Part shown: one piece after another, positions 17,038 to 26,404 of the stretch
Layout of the letters: each line of letters begins with the position of its first letter
How positions within the stretch are numbered: position 1 is the stretch's first letter
Assembly: GCA_015067715.1 (NCBI GenBank)
Contig: SVLY01000001.1
Coordinates: forward strand, 15,071 to 79,070
Origin: Oscillospiraceae bacterium
GTDB taxonomy: Bacteria; Bacillota; Clostridia; Oscillospirales; QAMX01
Direction of reading: 5' to 3'
DNA: 64,000 nt
Made by a program: the position numbers and the translations under genes
The notes under the pieces: generated by a model
What the model was told of the DNA's origin: nothing
The model's input: only the letters and a program-made list of their open reading frames with translations
Databases searched by the model: none

Positions 17038-19851
17038 TCAATTGATGGCCTCAATTGCCCGGAAAAGCTCTGTTAGGTAATCGGTTGCTTCGGTGGTCAT
17101 AGCGCAGCGCTCTCCGTTCACGCGCAGGCATTGTTGGACAGTAAAGTCATTGATACCGTAATACAGGCCGACGATATACCCGTTGTCAAAACAGAGAAAG
17201 GTCTCGGGAGGGCTGCGGTAGGTCGAGGCATTGAGCTTAAGGTTGTCCGGGTGGAGGCATGCGATAAGCTGTGAGATCGTTTCGGGGTCGTCCACGGTAT
17301 AGGTTACGTAGGGAGAGAGAGCTTCATAGGAGATGGGGTAGTCCTCCTCTACGGTATCTCCCGTGCGCATGGGGTAGCATATCCTGGCAGAGCTGACGTT
17401 TTTCCAGTTTTCATCCGGCTCCGGAAGCAGGTTTTCGCCCGACGGAACGAAATGGCTTTCCGAGGGGTGGATCTCTTCGGTTGGGATCTCTGACTTTGCC
17501 ATAAGCTCTGCAACGTAAGCCACGGCCTCTTCGCTTGCGGTATAGGCAAGACCGCGGTCTTCAAGGGCGGCGGCAAAGTCCTCGTCATAGAGGTGGTTGT
17601 AAAGTCCTTCTCCGTCGTTACGCGTTTTAATGCACACGGCCTCGCAATAGGCGGTCTTTAGGGACATGCCGACGACCCAGCCATTGTTGAAGTCCAGATA
17701 GTAATCCGGCTGAAAATCCCTGCTCTTTCCGTTGATGGGTTCAAGGGCTGTGGGAGAAAACCAGCCGTATAGCTTTTCCATGGTCTCGGTTTTGGTAGTA
17801 ATATAGCTGAAGCTGAGGTCGGAGACGAGGGGGTGGCCGTAGTCGTATTTGTATGCATCCGCATCCGGCACGGGTTTGTGGATCTCTACAGCGTAGCCCG
17901 GCAGGCTGAGATCGTTTTCGTGGAGCTTGAGCTCGTAACTGTAAAAGGGGATCTCTTCAAGCTCAACCGGGGAGAGAAGGGCAGAATCCGGGTTTTCAGT
18001 GAGCGCGTGGATCGTGAAGCGGTCGTACTGTGAGTAGAGCCCGCCAACCTCCAGAAGCGTCTCGGAGTCGTTGAAAACCAGCATCACCGTGTTTCCCATA
18101 CCTTCTTTATATAAAATATTGGTTATGGGTCCGAAGGTGAGCCCTTCGATGCTGGCAGATTCAAGATAAACGGCGCATCCCTTTGGAATGAACTCGGGAG
18201 AAACCAGCAGGGAATAGTCGGGGATCTCTTCTTCGGTCTCAATTTGTTCTGCAAGGGTCTCTGACAGTCTGCAGGCATAGACTCCGACGGTGTAATACTG
18301 TGTTCCGTTGAGCTCGATGGGGGAGGGGGTCTCCAGTTTTTGGTGTATCTCGTAGACGGTACAGCCGGAAAGGTTGATCGCTTCAAAGCCTGTCGCTTCC
18401 TCTTCGGAGGCGAAGTAAAGGTCAAGAGAGGAGCTCCAGTCTGCGGTGTGGTGGGTCTTTACCGTTGCAGGTCCGTAGCTCCAGCTTCCGTCCCGGGCCG
18501 TGATGTATACAAGGGTACCGTCGGAGTAGGCGATGTTCGAGGCGATAACGGTCTTGCCGGGGACAACGGTTACGTCCTTGTAGAGAGAGCTGAAGCGTTC
18601 AAGGAAATTATCCTCGTCGTACTTTCCCCGGGCGGTGGTATTGTACTTTGCGGAATACCAGTAGCTCTCTCCGTTAACGGAAATGAGATTTAGCTCTTCC
18701 TCCGGGGGGGCGGTCTCTGTCTGGGGAGGCTGGGGCTCGGCGGTATCGCTTTCTGCCGGTGAGCTTTCGCTCTTTTCCGTGGCAGAGGAGGTTGGCTCTG
18801 TGGTGATGACCGTGGGTGGAGTCGTATCCTCCGTTTGTTCAGTTGGCTCTATTTCCGTGAGGGAACAGCCTGCGGCAAAAAGCGTGAGCAGGGCGATGAG
18901 TATACCCGGGACGAGATGCTTTTTTACAGACGTGGTGAGCATTTTTATCCTCTCTTTCAGTTCTCCGCCGCCAAGACTCAAAACAGAGCCCGATCTTCGC
19001 GGAGCAAGGTCCAAAAGCGTTTTTGCGTAGTTTAAGCGGCCTGCTTCGTCAAGGTTCCGGCAGACTGCGCTGTCGCAGGAGAGCTCTGCGTCCAGGGAAG
19101 AGAGCTTTACCGCCACCCATACGAGGGGATTCCACCAGTAGACGGCCACGGCAACAGTGCGCACTATGTTCCAGATGGGGTCTCCCTGTCGGATATGAGC
19201 TTTTTCGTGGGCAAGGATCAGCTCAAGCTCCGGACTTTTGGCAGATGCGGAGTCCAGATAGATCGTGGGGATAATTCCCGCAACGCAGGCACTCTTTGCC
19301 CGGGGCGAAAGCCAGACCTTGGTTTTCCCGGCTTTGCAGAGAAAAACACGGTCTTTTCTCAGAGAGAGGCTGTGGATAAGGCCTGTCAGAGCAAACCACG
19401 ATCCCACAGCGGCGGCGCCAAAAGCCCAGACAAGCCTTAGAATAACGCCGGGCTCCGGAATTTCAACGCCGCGCCCGGGTTCATTCTCCGGAGATATGGG
19501 AAGAACGGCAGTACCGGAAGAAGGGGGAGTCACCTCGGGTATGTTTTCTGCCGGAGGAAGGTCTTCCAAAGAGAAAGGATCCCTTTCGGGAGGCTGAACC
19601 GTATCCGGAGCGGGAGGAATGGTCTCCGGCGTGGGCGCGGTTTCGGGGAGAGGCAGAAGCTCCGTCACCGGAGGGGACGGCTCCCGGGCGGGAACTGTGA
19701 GCGTGAAGGGCTGAAATGGAATGAACAGCCGCAATGCAACTATCGCCCAAAGGGCGTAGAGTATCCGCGGTGAGACCTTTTTGCGGAATATCTGCCGGAT
19801 AAGCAAAAACACGGCTATGAACAGGGAAGAAAAAATAAGATGGCCTATCAT
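17038..19851 (-). CDS. BlaR1/MecR1-type M56 peptidase signal transducer with a large uncharacterised C-terminal ectodomain
   Basis: 937 aa. The zinc motif HEKAH (LILAHEKAHIRQGD) sits in a multi-TM N-terminal third. A further TM (ILIALLTLFAAGC) and a Thr/Pro/Glu linker follow, then about 550 aa with no PBP/class-D beta-lactamase motifs. Its start overlaps the blaI stop by 4 nt. Confidence 0.8.
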   Translation of the reverse strand: MIGHLIFSSLFIAVFLLIRQIFRKKVSPRILYALWAIVALRLFIPFQPFTLTVPAREPSPPVTELLPLPETAPTPETIPPAPDTVQPPERDPFSLEDLPPAENIPEVTPPSSGTAVLPISPENEPGRGVEIPEPGVILRLVWAFGAAAVGSWFALTGLIHSLSLRKDRVFLCKAGKTKVWLSPRAKSACVAGIIPTIYLDSASAKSPELELILAHEKAHIRQGDPIWNIVRTVAVAVYWWNPLVWVAVKLSSLDAELSCDSAVCRNLDEAGRLNYAKTLLDLAPRRSGSVLSLGGGELKERIKMLTTSVKKHLVPGILIALLTLFAAGCSLTEIEPTEQTEDTTPPTVITTEPTSSATEKSESSPAESDTAEPQPPQTETAPPEEELNLISVNGESYWYSAKYNTTARGKYDEDNFLERFSSLYKDVTVVPGKTVIASNIAYSDGTLVYITARDGSWSYGPATVKTHHTADWSSSLDLYFASEEEATGFEAINLSGCTVYEIHQKLETPSPIELNGTQYYTVGVYACRLSETLAEQIETEEEIPDYSLLVSPEFIPKGCAVYLESASIEGLTFGPITNILYKEGMGNTVMLVFNDSETLLEVGGLYSQYDRFTIHALTENPDSALLSPVELEEIPFYSYELKLHENDLSLPGYAVEIHKPVPDADAYKYDYGHPLVSDLSFSYITTKTETMEKLYGWFSPTALEPINGKSRDFQPDYYLDFNNGWVVGMSLKTAYCEAVCIKTRNDGEGLYNHLYDEDFAAALEDRGLAYTASEEAVAYVAELMAKSEIPTEEIHPSESHFVPSGENLLPEPDENWKNVSSARICYPMRTGDTVEEDYPISYEALSPYVTYTVDDPETISQLIACLHPDNLKLNASTYRSPPETFLCFDNGYIVGLYYGINDFTVQQCLRVNGERCAMTTEATDYLTELFRAIEAIN

Positions 19852-20237
19852 CGTTCTTCTCCGTTTTTCTTTTCCGCATCGTCAAGAATGCTCCGAAGCT
19901 GGTTTATTTCATCGTCGCTCAGCGATCTGCTTCCGGCCAGCGCAGAGAACATCAGTCCAATACTTCCGTCGTACACCCGGGAAATAAAACTCTCGGTCTC
20001 GCTCTCGCTGACGGCGCTTCGGCTCACTGTGGGACGGTAGGTGTTGAATTTCCCGCTTTCGTCCATCTCAACGGCACCCTTGGCAATGAGCCTTTTCAAC
20101 ATCACAAAGACTGTCGTCTTGGTCCACCCGGTCTCAGGTTCAAGGGCGGAGACCATCTGAGCCGTGGTAAGGGGCGCTTTTTCCCAGAGCAGCTTCATTA
20201 TCTTCCATTCGCCCTCTGAAAGGTTTATTTTGTTCAT
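19848..20237 (-). CDS. BlaI/MecI/CopY family transcriptional repressor
   Basis: LSEGEWKIMKLLWEKAPLTTAQMVSAL ... WTKTTVFVMLKRLIAKG. The ATG at 20237 is preferred; the longer ORF to 20363 would run through the promoter/operator. Confidence 0.85.
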   Translation of the reverse strand: MNKINLSEGEWKIMKLLWEKAPLTTAQMVSALEPETGWTKTTVFVMLKRLIAKGAVEMDESGKFNTYRPTVSRSAVSESETESFISRVYDGSIGLMFSALAGSRSLSDDEINQLRSILDDAEKKNGEER

Positions 20238-20272
20238 GCCGAAAACCTGCCTTTGTCTTTGAATGTAACAAA

Positions 20273-20331
20273 GTTGACACTTGTCACCTTTTTGTAGCAT
20301 CAGTATAGCATAAAAGGTGACAAGTGTCAAC
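20273..20331 (-). promoter_or_regulatory. Promoter plus paired dyad operators for the blaI-blaR1-like operon
   Basis: Perfect 20-bp inverted repeat gttgacacttgtcacctttt (20273-20292 / 20312-20331) with a 19-nt spacer. Each arm contains the dyad TGACA-nn-TGTCA. On the minus strand, TTGACA (20325-20330), a 17-nt spacer and TATACT (20302-20307) lie inside the repeat. Confidence 0.7.
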
Positions 20332-20464
20332 TGTTTTTTTTGAGTTAAAACGCAGGTGCGCACCTCCCGGGGAGTCCGGATAGTCGACGTACGGGATGAC
20401 CCGTCAAACAGTACGGTATGCGGTTAGCCTTTGCACACTGCAGAAGGTATATTGCACCCGCAGT

Positions 20465-22183
20465 TTACCCTATAAACACCATTCCGCAAAGGGGGACGGA
20501 AAGGCGGCACAGGTCGGCGTTTGCGGTGCCTTTTTCAAGCTCTTCGCCCATGCAGTTGACCGTGCGGTAGGGCTTTCCGCAGCAGTTTTCCAAAATCAGG
20601 AAATCCCTGCCCGTTACGTTCACTGCAACGGCCTTTTCCGTTGTGACAGGGATGAGGTTTTCGCTGTAGGCGGTGAACACGGCGCAACCGTCTTTTTGGG
20701 AGCAGACAAGGCTGTAGCATATCTCGGGGTGGTCGGCGGTGAGCTTTCCCTCAAGCAGCACGTCACGGTACCCGCGCCAGAAATCAAGGTAGAAGCTTAG
20801 CATCTTTTTGTGGTCGTCGGGCAGGCGCTCGATGAGCATGGATATCTGGGGAACGCTGTAGAGCGTGCTTGCCACCTGAACTGCGGCGGTCTCCACGGGT
20901 TCGTTTACGTTCCACATGAGCATATCCGAGTGGACGGCGGTGCCGCCGGAGGTAAAACGCAGGTCAACGATGCCCCTGCGGTTCTGGATGGCGTCGTCCG
21001 GGCAGTCGCCGACACGGAGCATATTGCCGTATTTACGGATGGATGGGCCAACGTAGCTCTGGCGGAACTCGATGAGCACGTCCGGCTTTATTGAGGTGAG
21101 GGTTGCCGTCACGGCGCTCATCAGCTCGTCCACGGCGTCCTCAAGGGAAGTTATATCACGCCGCTCGTCCGGCTCGAGGGACTTGCCCTCCAGCCAGAAG
21201 GAGTCGATAAAGTCCAGCTTGAGCCCGTCGAGACCGTAGCTCTCTATTGCGTTGGCGTAGACGCCCACAAGGTACTCTCTGACCTGGGGATAGCGGGGGT
21301 CAAGGGCAAAAAAGTCCTTTCTGTTGCCCGTTCCGTCTAAAAGCATGGAGCTGAACTCCTTGTAGCGCCGGCTGTGGATGCCCATGAAGGGCACGCTGTA
21401 CCACAGCATGACCTTCATGCCGATGGCGTGGATGCCGTCCACAAGGGCGCGCATGTCGCCCATCTTTCCCGGTGCCACCTGCCAGTCGCCGCAATAGGCG
21501 TAGCCGCGGTTGTTGTCGTCGGTCTGCCAGCCGTCGTCGATTATGACCGTCTCAAGCCCCAGTTTTCGGGAGCGGCGGCACTGGGCGAGTATCTTTTCGC
21601 TGTCCAGCCTCTGGTGGAAGCTGTACCAGAGGGAGTCCATGGGGAGCTTTGCGGCCTGGGGTACGGGCGCCGGGGTGTAGCCAAGCTCCTCTTCCCACCA
21701 TTTACTGACAGCATAGATGCTGTCGTAATAGTCCACGTCCCGTGTATCTATGCGGATGGAGGCGCGGTATTCTGTGAGCGGGGCGGTGAGCATGGTGAAA
21801 AACTCAACGCCGCAGTCCATTTCGGCGGTCTCTTCGCAAACACCGGTGGTGATATCTATGGGCGTTTTTGCGTCGGAAACGGCAATGCAAAGGCGGTTTT
21901 TGCCGCCGAGGGAAATAAGCTGCTGCAGGGGCATCCATGAGGCCAGCCGGGACTGTATGCGCCGGGGTCCCCAGTCCGGGCCAAGCACACGGTTTGTGCC
22001 CGCCGAGGGGCTCCACATTGAATAGATATCGCAAATGGGAAGAGAAAAGCTCAGCCTCAGCCTTTCCGGCACGGTGGGACGGTCGAACCGGGCAAGCAGG
22101 TCGACGTAGGTCACGCCCTTTTCTTCCCTTTCGGAAAGGTCGATAAGGCAATTTTGGCTTCCGCCGGTGATCTTAATATTCAT
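20465..22183 (-). CDS. Clan GH-D (GH36/GH27-like, melibiase-fold) alpha-galactosidase-type glycoside hydrolase
   Basis: 572 aa. Motifs VIIDDGWQTDD and GLDGLKLDFIDSF (DDGW and KxD). No signal peptide. Confidence 0.7.
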   Translation of the reverse strand: MNIKITGGSQNCLIDLSEREEKGVTYVDLLARFDRPTVPERLRLSFSLPICDIYSMWSPSAGTNRVLGPDWGPRRIQSRLASWMPLQQLISLGGKNRLCIAVSDAKTPIDITTGVCEETAEMDCGVEFFTMLTAPLTEYRASIRIDTRDVDYYDSIYAVSKWWEEELGYTPAPVPQAAKLPMDSLWYSFHQRLDSEKILAQCRRSRKLGLETVIIDDGWQTDDNNRGYAYCGDWQVAPGKMGDMRALVDGIHAIGMKVMLWYSVPFMGIHSRRYKEFSSMLLDGTGNRKDFFALDPRYPQVREYLVGVYANAIESYGLDGLKLDFIDSFWLEGKSLEPDERRDITSLEDAVDELMSAVTATLTSIKPDVLIEFRQSYVGPSIRKYGNMLRVGDCPDDAIQNRRGIVDLRFTSGGTAVHSDMLMWNVNEPVETAAVQVASTLYSVPQISMLIERLPDDHKKMLSFYLDFWRGYRDVLLEGKLTADHPEICYSLVCSQKDGCAVFTAYSENLIPVTTEKAVAVNVTGRDFLILENCCGKPYRTVNCMGEELEKGTANADLCRLSVPLCGMVFIG

Positions 22184-22343
22184 AAGGCAAAAACTTCCTT
22201 TCAGGTATCTTGTATTTGGATTTTATTTTATCACGGAGAGGGCGAATATGTCAACCTTGCGCCAAAGAAAACACTTGCAAAAAGAGGCGAGTCGTGGTAT
22301 TATTCTATAGAAGACATAAAAAACCGGAAGGATGAAATTATAA

Positions 22344-23615
22344 ATGAAGGTACCCCAGGGCGTTCTGAACCACATCGACCAGGTCGCGGCCAGACTTGAG
22401 GCCTATTCTCCCAAGCTTGCCACCCTTTACCGCAATTGCTACCCCAACACCATCGAGACCACCATGAATCTCCACGACGACGGCACTGTCTTTATGTGCA
22501 CCGGCGATATTCCCGCCATGTGGCTGAGAGACGCCACTCCCCAGGTGAGCCACTACTGCGCCATTGCCAAGGGCGACGAAGAGCTTTCCGCTCTGCTCCG
22601 GGGCGTTATCATGCGCCAGTTCAAGTACATCCTCATCGAGCCCTACGCCAACGGCTTTAACGAAGTCCCCAACGGCCGCGGCGAGACCCGTGACCTGCCG
22701 AAAAACGACCCCTGGGTCTGGGAGAGAAAATACGAGATCGACTCCCTCTGCTACCCCATGAGACTTCTCGACCTCTATATCAAGGCCACCGGCGACAGAC
22801 AGCTTCTGGACGGCACCTTCCGCGAGGTCTGCCGCACAATTATCGAGCTCTGGCAGGTGGAGCAGCACCATATGGAAAAATCCCCCTACCGCTTCTTCCG
22901 CGACAACTGCCCCTACCACGACACCATCCACAACAACGGCATGGGCGCTCCCGTTGTCTACACCGGCATGACCTGGTCCGGCTTCCGTCCCAGCGACGAC
23001 GCCTGCACCTACGGCTACCTTATCTCCTCCAACTTCTTTGCCGTGAAGGCTCTTGAGATCATGCAGGAATACCTGCCCGAGGGCGACGAGCTCATCGAAA
23101 AGGCCGCCGCTCTTGCCGCCGACATCCGCGAGGGTCTTGCAAAGTACGCCATCGTGGAAAACGAAAAATACGGCAAGATCTACGCCTGCGAGGTGGACGG
23201 CATGGGCAACTACATCTGCATGGACGATGCCAACGTGCCCAGCCTCATGAGCCTGCCCTACCTCGGCTGTGTTGACGTAAACGACCCCGTCTACCAGAAC
23301 ACCCGCCGCTTTATTCTGAGCCGCGACAACCCCTATTACTTCGAGGGCAAAGCCGCCCGGGGCGTTGGCAGTCCCCACACTCCCGACGGCTATATCTGGC
23401 ACCTCGCCATCTCAATGCAGGGTCTCACCTCCACCGATCCTGACGAGGTCAGAGAGATCCTGGACATGATGATCGCCACCGACGGCGACACCGGCTATAT
23501 GCACGAGGGCTTCCTGGCCGACGATCCCACCCAGTTCTCCCGTCCCTGGTTTGCATGGTCCAACTCCCTGTTCACCGAATTCGTTGAAAGCGCCCTTGAA
23601 AGAGGTATTATCTGA
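22344..23615 (+). CDS. Glycoside hydrolase family 125 (metal-independent exo-alpha-1,6-mannosidase family, formerly DUF1237)
   Basis: [25 protein letters not shown] and FAWSNSLF are GH125-type signature segments. Confidence 0.85.
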   Translation: MKVPQGVLNHIDQVAARLEAYSPKLATLYRNCYPNTIETTMNLHDDGTVFMCTGDIPAMWLRDATPQVSHYCAIAKGDEELSALLRGVIMRQFKYILIEPYANGFNEVPNGRGETRDLPKNDPWVWERKYEIDSLCYPMRLLDLYIKATGDRQLLDGTFREVCRTIIELWQVEQHHMEKSPYRFFRDNCPYHDTIHNNGMGAPVVYTGMTWSGFRPSDDACTYGYLISSNFFAVKALEIMQEYLPEGDELIEKAAALAADIREGLAKYAIVENEKYGKIYACEVDGMGNYICMDDANVPSLMSLPYLGCVDVNDPVYQNTRRFILSRDNPYYFEGKAARGVGSPHTPDGYIWHLAISMQGLTSTDPDEVREILDMMIATDGDTGYMHEGFLADDPTQFSRPWFAWSNSLFTEFVESALERGII

Positions 23616-23628
23616 GTTTTGACCTACC

Positions 23629-23668
23629 CCCCTCTTTGCCTGTAAAACGGCAAAGAGGGGATTTTTTG
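23629..23668 (+). terminator. Rho-independent terminator of the GH125 gene
   Basis: cccctctttgcc / ggcaaagagggg, a 12-bp stem followed by ATTTTTT. Confidence 0.8.
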
Positions 23669-23778
23669 TGTTTGTAATATTTATTTTACGTTTTATTAAC
23701 AAAAAAAGTCGGGGGGAGGGAGTATAATGAGAAAAAGAGTGGATAATCCACGGATAATTATTGAAAAGGTGATTTTGG

Positions 23779-24756
23779 ATGAAAGGGTTAAAAGGCTTTC
23801 TTTTTGTTGCGGCGGCTCTTTGTATGATGTTGTCTTTGTCCGCTTGCGGAGAAGTGCCCCGGGAGAGCACGAGCCTGACGGAAACCGGGACTTCCGTACC
23901 GGAGACGGTTCTGCATACGTCGGAGATCATTCCGGAAACTTCATCCGAAGCTCCCGTTTTTTCGGAACCCCGGGAATTTACGGTGGATTCGGACGTTTAT
24001 GGCTTTCTTTTTTCACCGGCCGCAGTCAAGCATACGGAAACGGCTGAGATCTGGATGGGAAAGCTTATTTCCGTTTCGGAAGAGCACAATATATCGCTTC
24101 GGTTTTCCCGGCACAGCCACGATGCCCGTATGACGGATTTTGCATCGGGAAAGAGTGCGGATCTGCTCTGTGTTTCAGGTGATCTTTGGAGAATATACGC
24201 CGCAAACGGCTATCTTGCGGAGCTTGAGCCTGCCGGGCTTGGGGTGGAGGCAGAGTCTTTGGAGCTGTACGCCACAGAAGGTGTGACCTACGTTGTCCCG
24301 ACTCAGGTTACCGGTGAGTTCGGAAAGCTGCACGCTCTGAAATGTCTTGCCTATGACAGAGCGGCAACGGTCTCTGCCTTTGGTATGGACCCGAAAGAGC
24401 TGTTCCTTTCCGGAGATTGGACCCCCGAAGCCTTTGAAGACCTGACAAAGGCAGATGCTTCGGCGGTGATCGCCTCCGTGGGCGACGTTCTGAACGGAAA
24501 AGTCAGCGCAACAGCAATTCTTCCACTGCCCGGTGAAAATGGGGTCAGACAGGTTGAACTGTTGGGGAACGGTTACGCTGTTCCGGTTTTTGGGGACAGT
24601 GAGCTGTCCGTTGCCGTTTTGCAGAGTTTTGTTCGTGAGCTGTCAGACAATACGGAGGTATATGCTCTTGCGGACAGGGTCCTGGGTGAAGAGGCGGAAT
24701 TTGTAAAAGAATATATTCTCTCGCCTGAGCTCGTAACGGAATACGTTCTGCCCTGA
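23779..24756 (+). CDS. Hypothetical lipoprotein
   Basis: Signal peptide with a lipobox (MMLSLSAC), followed by a Ser/Thr/Glu-rich linker. I recognised no family. Confidence 0.6.
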   Translation: MKGLKGFLFVAAALCMMLSLSACGEVPRESTSLTETGTSVPETVLHTSEIIPETSSEAPVFSEPREFTVDSDVYGFLFSPAAVKHTETAEIWMGKLISVSEEHNISLRFSRHSHDARMTDFASGKSADLLCVSGDLWRIYAANGYLAELEPAGLGVEAESLELYATEGVTYVVPTQVTGEFGKLHALKCLAYDRAATVSAFGMDPKELFLSGDWTPEAFEDLTKADASAVIASVGDVLNGKVSATAILPLPGENGVRQVELLGNGYAVPVFGDSELSVAVLQSFVRELSDNTEVYALADRVLGEEAEFVKEYILSPELVTEYVLP

Positions 24757-24785
24757 GCTGTCACGGGATACGTTGAAATAAGATA

Positions 24786-24813
24786 AGCGCCTGCCGGAAT
24801 TCCGGCAGGCGCT
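24786..24813. terminator. Palindromic hairpin between convergent genes (probable bidirectional terminator)
   Basis: agcgcctgccgg-aatt-ccggcaggcgct, a perfect 12-bp GC-rich stem. The U-tracts are weak on both strands. Confidence 0.6.
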
Positions 24814-24836
24814 AAAATTTTAACCGTGGGATAGAT

Positions 24837-25922
24837 CTATCTGTTCAGCGGCAGATATTCGGTTGCAAGGTAGTTTCTGATCTTGGGAAGGTCGGGGAGA
24901 AGAACGGACATACCGCGGATGCTTGCGAAGGTGTAGCAATCGTAGGCCGGGACCATGTAGGTGGATATCTCCATATTGCTCATAATGGGCACGAGGGTGG
25001 TGGCAAGGGAGATTATCTCGGTGTTTGACATGTCGGTGGTGAGCATGGGAAGCACGGTGTCGATAAGGGAGAGCACCGTGGACAGGTCGGAGCCACGGAA
25101 CTTGTTGAAGATGGCCTCCATGACGATGCGCTGGCGGCCGGTGCGGTTAAAGTCGTTGTCCAGAGAGCGAATGCGGGAATAGGTGAGTGCCTGCTCGCCG
25201 TTCAGATGGTAGTAGCCGGAGCTTTCCCCAACGCCCACCAGCTTCGCCTCGGCGCCGGAAAGGGTAACGTCCACGCCGCCAAGGGTGTCCACGATGTCGG
25301 AAAAGCCCTCAAAGTCCACCTCAAAGCCACCGTCCACGGTAATGCCGAAGTTCTGATACATGGTTTCGTAGAGCAGGGGGAAGCCGCCGAAGAAATAGGC
25401 CACGTTGAGTCTGTTGTCGGAATAGCCTCCGGGGATCTGAACGTAGAGGTCGCGGAGGAAGGAGATGAGGGAGACCTCACCGGTCTTGGGGTTGATGCTG
25501 CAGAGCATCATAACGTCGGAACGGGTGCGTCCCTCGCCGGGGCGGCGGTCCTGACCCACCAGCATGATGTTCAGAATATCGTCGTCACCGATGGCGGGAA
25601 GCTCTTCCCAGGTGATCTCGTCGGGGTCCACCGTCACAGCGGGGGGCTCGGTTGCAACGGGTTCCGTGGTGGCCTCCGTTGAGCCGTCGGGAGAGAGCGT
25701 GCCGACGGTGGTCTGGAGGGTCCCGGTGTTTTCGGGGGGAGCGTCGGTCTCGAAGAATTCCTCGCTGGGGGGGATCGTCAGCCCGGGGTCGTCACGGTTG
25801 ATCTTGCCCAGATAATGTCCCACAACGGCAAACAGAGCGCCGACGATCAGCGCCAGAGCCAGCAGTATGCAGACAAGGGCGATTATCAGCTTTTTGCGCT
25901 TTTTGGAAGATTTGGCGGCCAT
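24837..25922 (-). CDS. LytR-CpsA-Psr (LCP) family glycopolymer ligase
   Basis: N-terminal TM, then NIMLVGQDRRPGEGRTRSDVMMLCSINPKTGEVSLISFLRDLYV, the LCP core motif. Confidence 0.85.
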   Translation of the reverse strand: MAAKSSKKRKKLIIALVCILLALALIVGALFAVVGHYLGKINRDDPGLTIPPSEEFFETDAPPENTGTLQTTVGTLSPDGSTEATTEPVATEPPAVTVDPDEITWEELPAIGDDDILNIMLVGQDRRPGEGRTRSDVMMLCSINPKTGEVSLISFLRDLYVQIPGGYSDNRLNVAYFFGGFPLLYETMYQNFGITVDGGFEVDFEGFSDIVDTLGGVDVTLSGAEAKLVGVGESSGYYHLNGEQALTYSRIRSLDNDFNRTGRQRIVMEAIFNKFRGSDLSTVLSLIDTVLPMLTTDMSNTEIISLATTLVPIMSNMEISTYMVPAYDCYTFASIRGMSVLLPDLPKIRNYLATEYLPLNR

Positions 25923-25924
25923 TT

Positions 25925-26404
25925 TCAGTCACGTCCTTTTTTATTGAATAGCTTGTGTTTTAATCCGGCAAGGCGGAACAGCGCCGGCCGGAGTCTGAGC
26001 GTTGGGTACCACACCAGCCACAGCAGTCGAAGAGAAAACGAGCGTGCAGAGCGGCGTTTTTTACCGCCCCGAAGGGTGTGACTGTCTGCTCTGGCAACGA
26101 CGGCAGAGGGCGGAATAAGCTCGCAAAAGCTTTGGGCATCGCCGTTCATAACCAGGATCCCGTCTTTTCTGAGCCTTCTCACCCTGTGGAGCACCGGGGC
26201 GCCGCCTGGACGGAGGTAGAAAAGTACGTCTCCCGGTCTGACGGGGGTGTTGACGGGGGAGAGCCATACCGTGTCTGTTCTGCTGTAGAGAAAGGGGAGC
26301 ATGCTGGAGCCCGTCACCGTGAGGGGCACCGTGGCTCCAAGGGAGATAAGCTCCTGTATTTCGCGGACACCGACGGGGGTGTCCAAAGTGCGGTTTACCG
26401 TCAT
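25925..26404 (-). CDS. S24/S26-family serine peptidase (SipW/ER-type signal-peptidase-like)
   Basis: TGSSMLP (Ser nucleophile box) and PVLHRV (His box, as in S26B enzymes), with a hydrophobic, basic C-terminus. It overlaps the upstream kinase gene by 4 nt. Confidence 0.55.
   Translation of the reverse strand: MTVNRTLDTPVGVREIQELISLGATVPLTVTGSSMLPFLYSRTDTVWLSPVNTPVRPGDVLFYLRPGGAPVLHRVRRLRKDGILVMNGDAQSFCELIPPSAVVARADSHTLRGGKKRRSARSFSLRLLWLVWYPTLRLRPALFRLAGLKHKLFNKKGRD

Noticed and set aside
20331-20345. The blaI inverted repeat plus T8 as a plus-strand intrinsic terminator.
   Set aside because: No plus-strand gene ends upstream of it. A consensus minus-strand promoter sits inside the repeat, and each arm is itself a BlaI/CopY-like dyad. 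I kept it as an alternative or secondary role in the finding rather than as a separate feature.
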